A stretch of DNA of 37,331 nt from an uncultured Fibrobacterales bacterium (GTDB taxonomy: Bacteria; Fibrobacterota; Fibrobacteria; Fibrobacterales; CAWVXU01), in assembly GCA_963934255.1 (NCBI GenBank), contig CAWVXU010000018.1, positions 1 through 37,331 of the forward strand. Direction: 5' to 3'. Shown in pieces: positions 36,151 through 37,331 of the stretch. Made by a program: the position numbers and the translations under genes. The notes under the pieces are model-generated. The model searched no databases, was not told where the DNA came from, and saw only the letters and a list, made by a program, of their open reading frames with translations. Numbering within the stretch: the stretch's first letter is position 1; every line of letters begins with the position of its first letter.

Positions 36151-37331
36151 CCACATATGGAAAGTTTTAGCATCGATTGCATTTTTAGGACCCATTTTTT
36201 ATACGAGTTCTACAGCATTAGGTCTGCGAGAAACTATTAGTTTTAAGCTCTGTTTCACTCAAGGACGTATAGCTATTGATATTATCATAGGATGTGCCGG
36301 TTGGGCACTTTTAGGATATTGTCAAAAGAAACGCGAACTACAGATGGGGAAAGAGGCAAGAGAAAATCAAATGAAATTTCAGACTCTTCTCCAAGTTCTA
36401 CCAGACATGGTCTTCATTCAAAAACCAATCGATGGTGAAGTTATTGATTTTTATAGTCAAGAAAATAAATGTCTTAAAACTCAAGATATTATAGGTCAAA
36501 CCCATCATGATATCTTCCCAGATGGCATTGCTAAAAAACTTAATCATCATTTGAACAAGGTCTTTGAATCCCAAGAAACACAATCAATTCAGTTTACTCT
36601 TAAACTCAACAAGAATAATTTTGAAGACTTTATTTCCATTTCGGCTCCATTGGGCAATAATAATATCATTACTGTCTCTCGAGAAATTAGCGAGATAAGA
36701 CAAGTAGAACGTGACTTGAGGTTAGCCAAGAACAACGCGGAAAAAGCCTCTGAAGCCCGTAGTAATTTCCTTCGTACAATATCGCACGAAATCCGTACAC
36801 CTTTGAATGGGATAATTGGAAATACCGAACTTTTAAAGGTCGAAGCTCAAACGACAGAAGGTGCCTCTATTATTGAGGCTATCAGTTATTCATCAGAGCA
36901 TTTACTTAGTGTTTTAAATGATGTGCTTGATTATTCTAAAATTGAAGCTGATGCATTATCTCTTGATATCTTAACAACAAATCTCCACAAGTCATGTGTA
37001 GAACTCGTGAAAAATTTTCAAGCCAAAGCACGAGTAAACAATAATGTTTTAACGCTAAACTGGGACCCACAGCTTTCGAAATACTTTGCTTTAGATGACT
37101 TCCGGTTGAATCAAATTATTCAAAACCTACTCAACAATACCACTAAATTCACCCATGAGGGAAGTATTGAACTTAATGTAAAATCTGATTCCACTCAAAC
37201 TCCGCCGTCAATTCGTTTTGAAGTTAAAGACTCTGGCATTGGCATGTCAGCAGCCACTCAGATACAGATATTTCACCCCTTCTCTCAAGCTCACTCAGGC
37301 ATCGCTCGAAAATTTGGGGGGACCGGACTTG
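36122..37331 (+). CDS. PAS-domain sensor histidine kinase (probably hybrid), truncated by the window end; not in the ORF track
   Basis: Frame open from 36122 to the end: PAS (FQTLLQVLPDMVF), H-box SHEIRTPLNGIIG, N-box NLLNNTTKFT, G1 DSGIGM, F-box, G2 GGTGL; first ATG is at 36344. Confidence 0.93.

Noticed and set aside
443..36583. Numerous short antisense or nested ORFs in the track (e.g. 443-658, 16453-16785, 22330-22626, 27505-27909, 36398-36583)
   Set aside because: They lie inside well-supported genes and show no motifs; shadow ORFs

Overview
AT-rich bacterial chromosome segment, probably from the FCB superphylum and possibly Fibrobacterota. That inference rests on a T9SS-like C-terminal domain, CBM11/CIA30-like lipoprotein domains and the pheT-zapB-zapA synteny. 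No mobile element, CRISPR array, tRNA or rRNA was seen. Housekeeping core: dnaX-ybaB, and pheT-zapB-like-zapA-like-6S RNA-ispA-TrmH-dxs-LRR. Accessory genes: a membrane-spanning AraC regulator, a DUF898/M48 pair, a GH18-like secreted hydrolase, a CsgG-like/lipoprotein/beta-barrel cluster, a tandem-AP2 protein with a methyltransferase, a DUF692 (MNIO)/DUF2063 pair with no precursor, and a split PAS histidine kinase. Main signals missed by the ORF track: (1) dnaX is interrupted at an A9 run, so standard decoding gives gamma and only a -1/+1A event gives tau; (2) a 6S RNA follows greatly extended ZapA/ZapB-like proteins; (3) the MNIO maturase pair is an orphan; (4) one CBM11-like fold appears in a sensor, an enzyme and a lipoprotein; (5) two small membrane ORFs with good RBSs; (6) a frameshifted sensor kinase beside an 11-bp tandem repeat and a G7 promoter-spacer tract. 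All family calls come from reading motifs by eye; no database searches were run.
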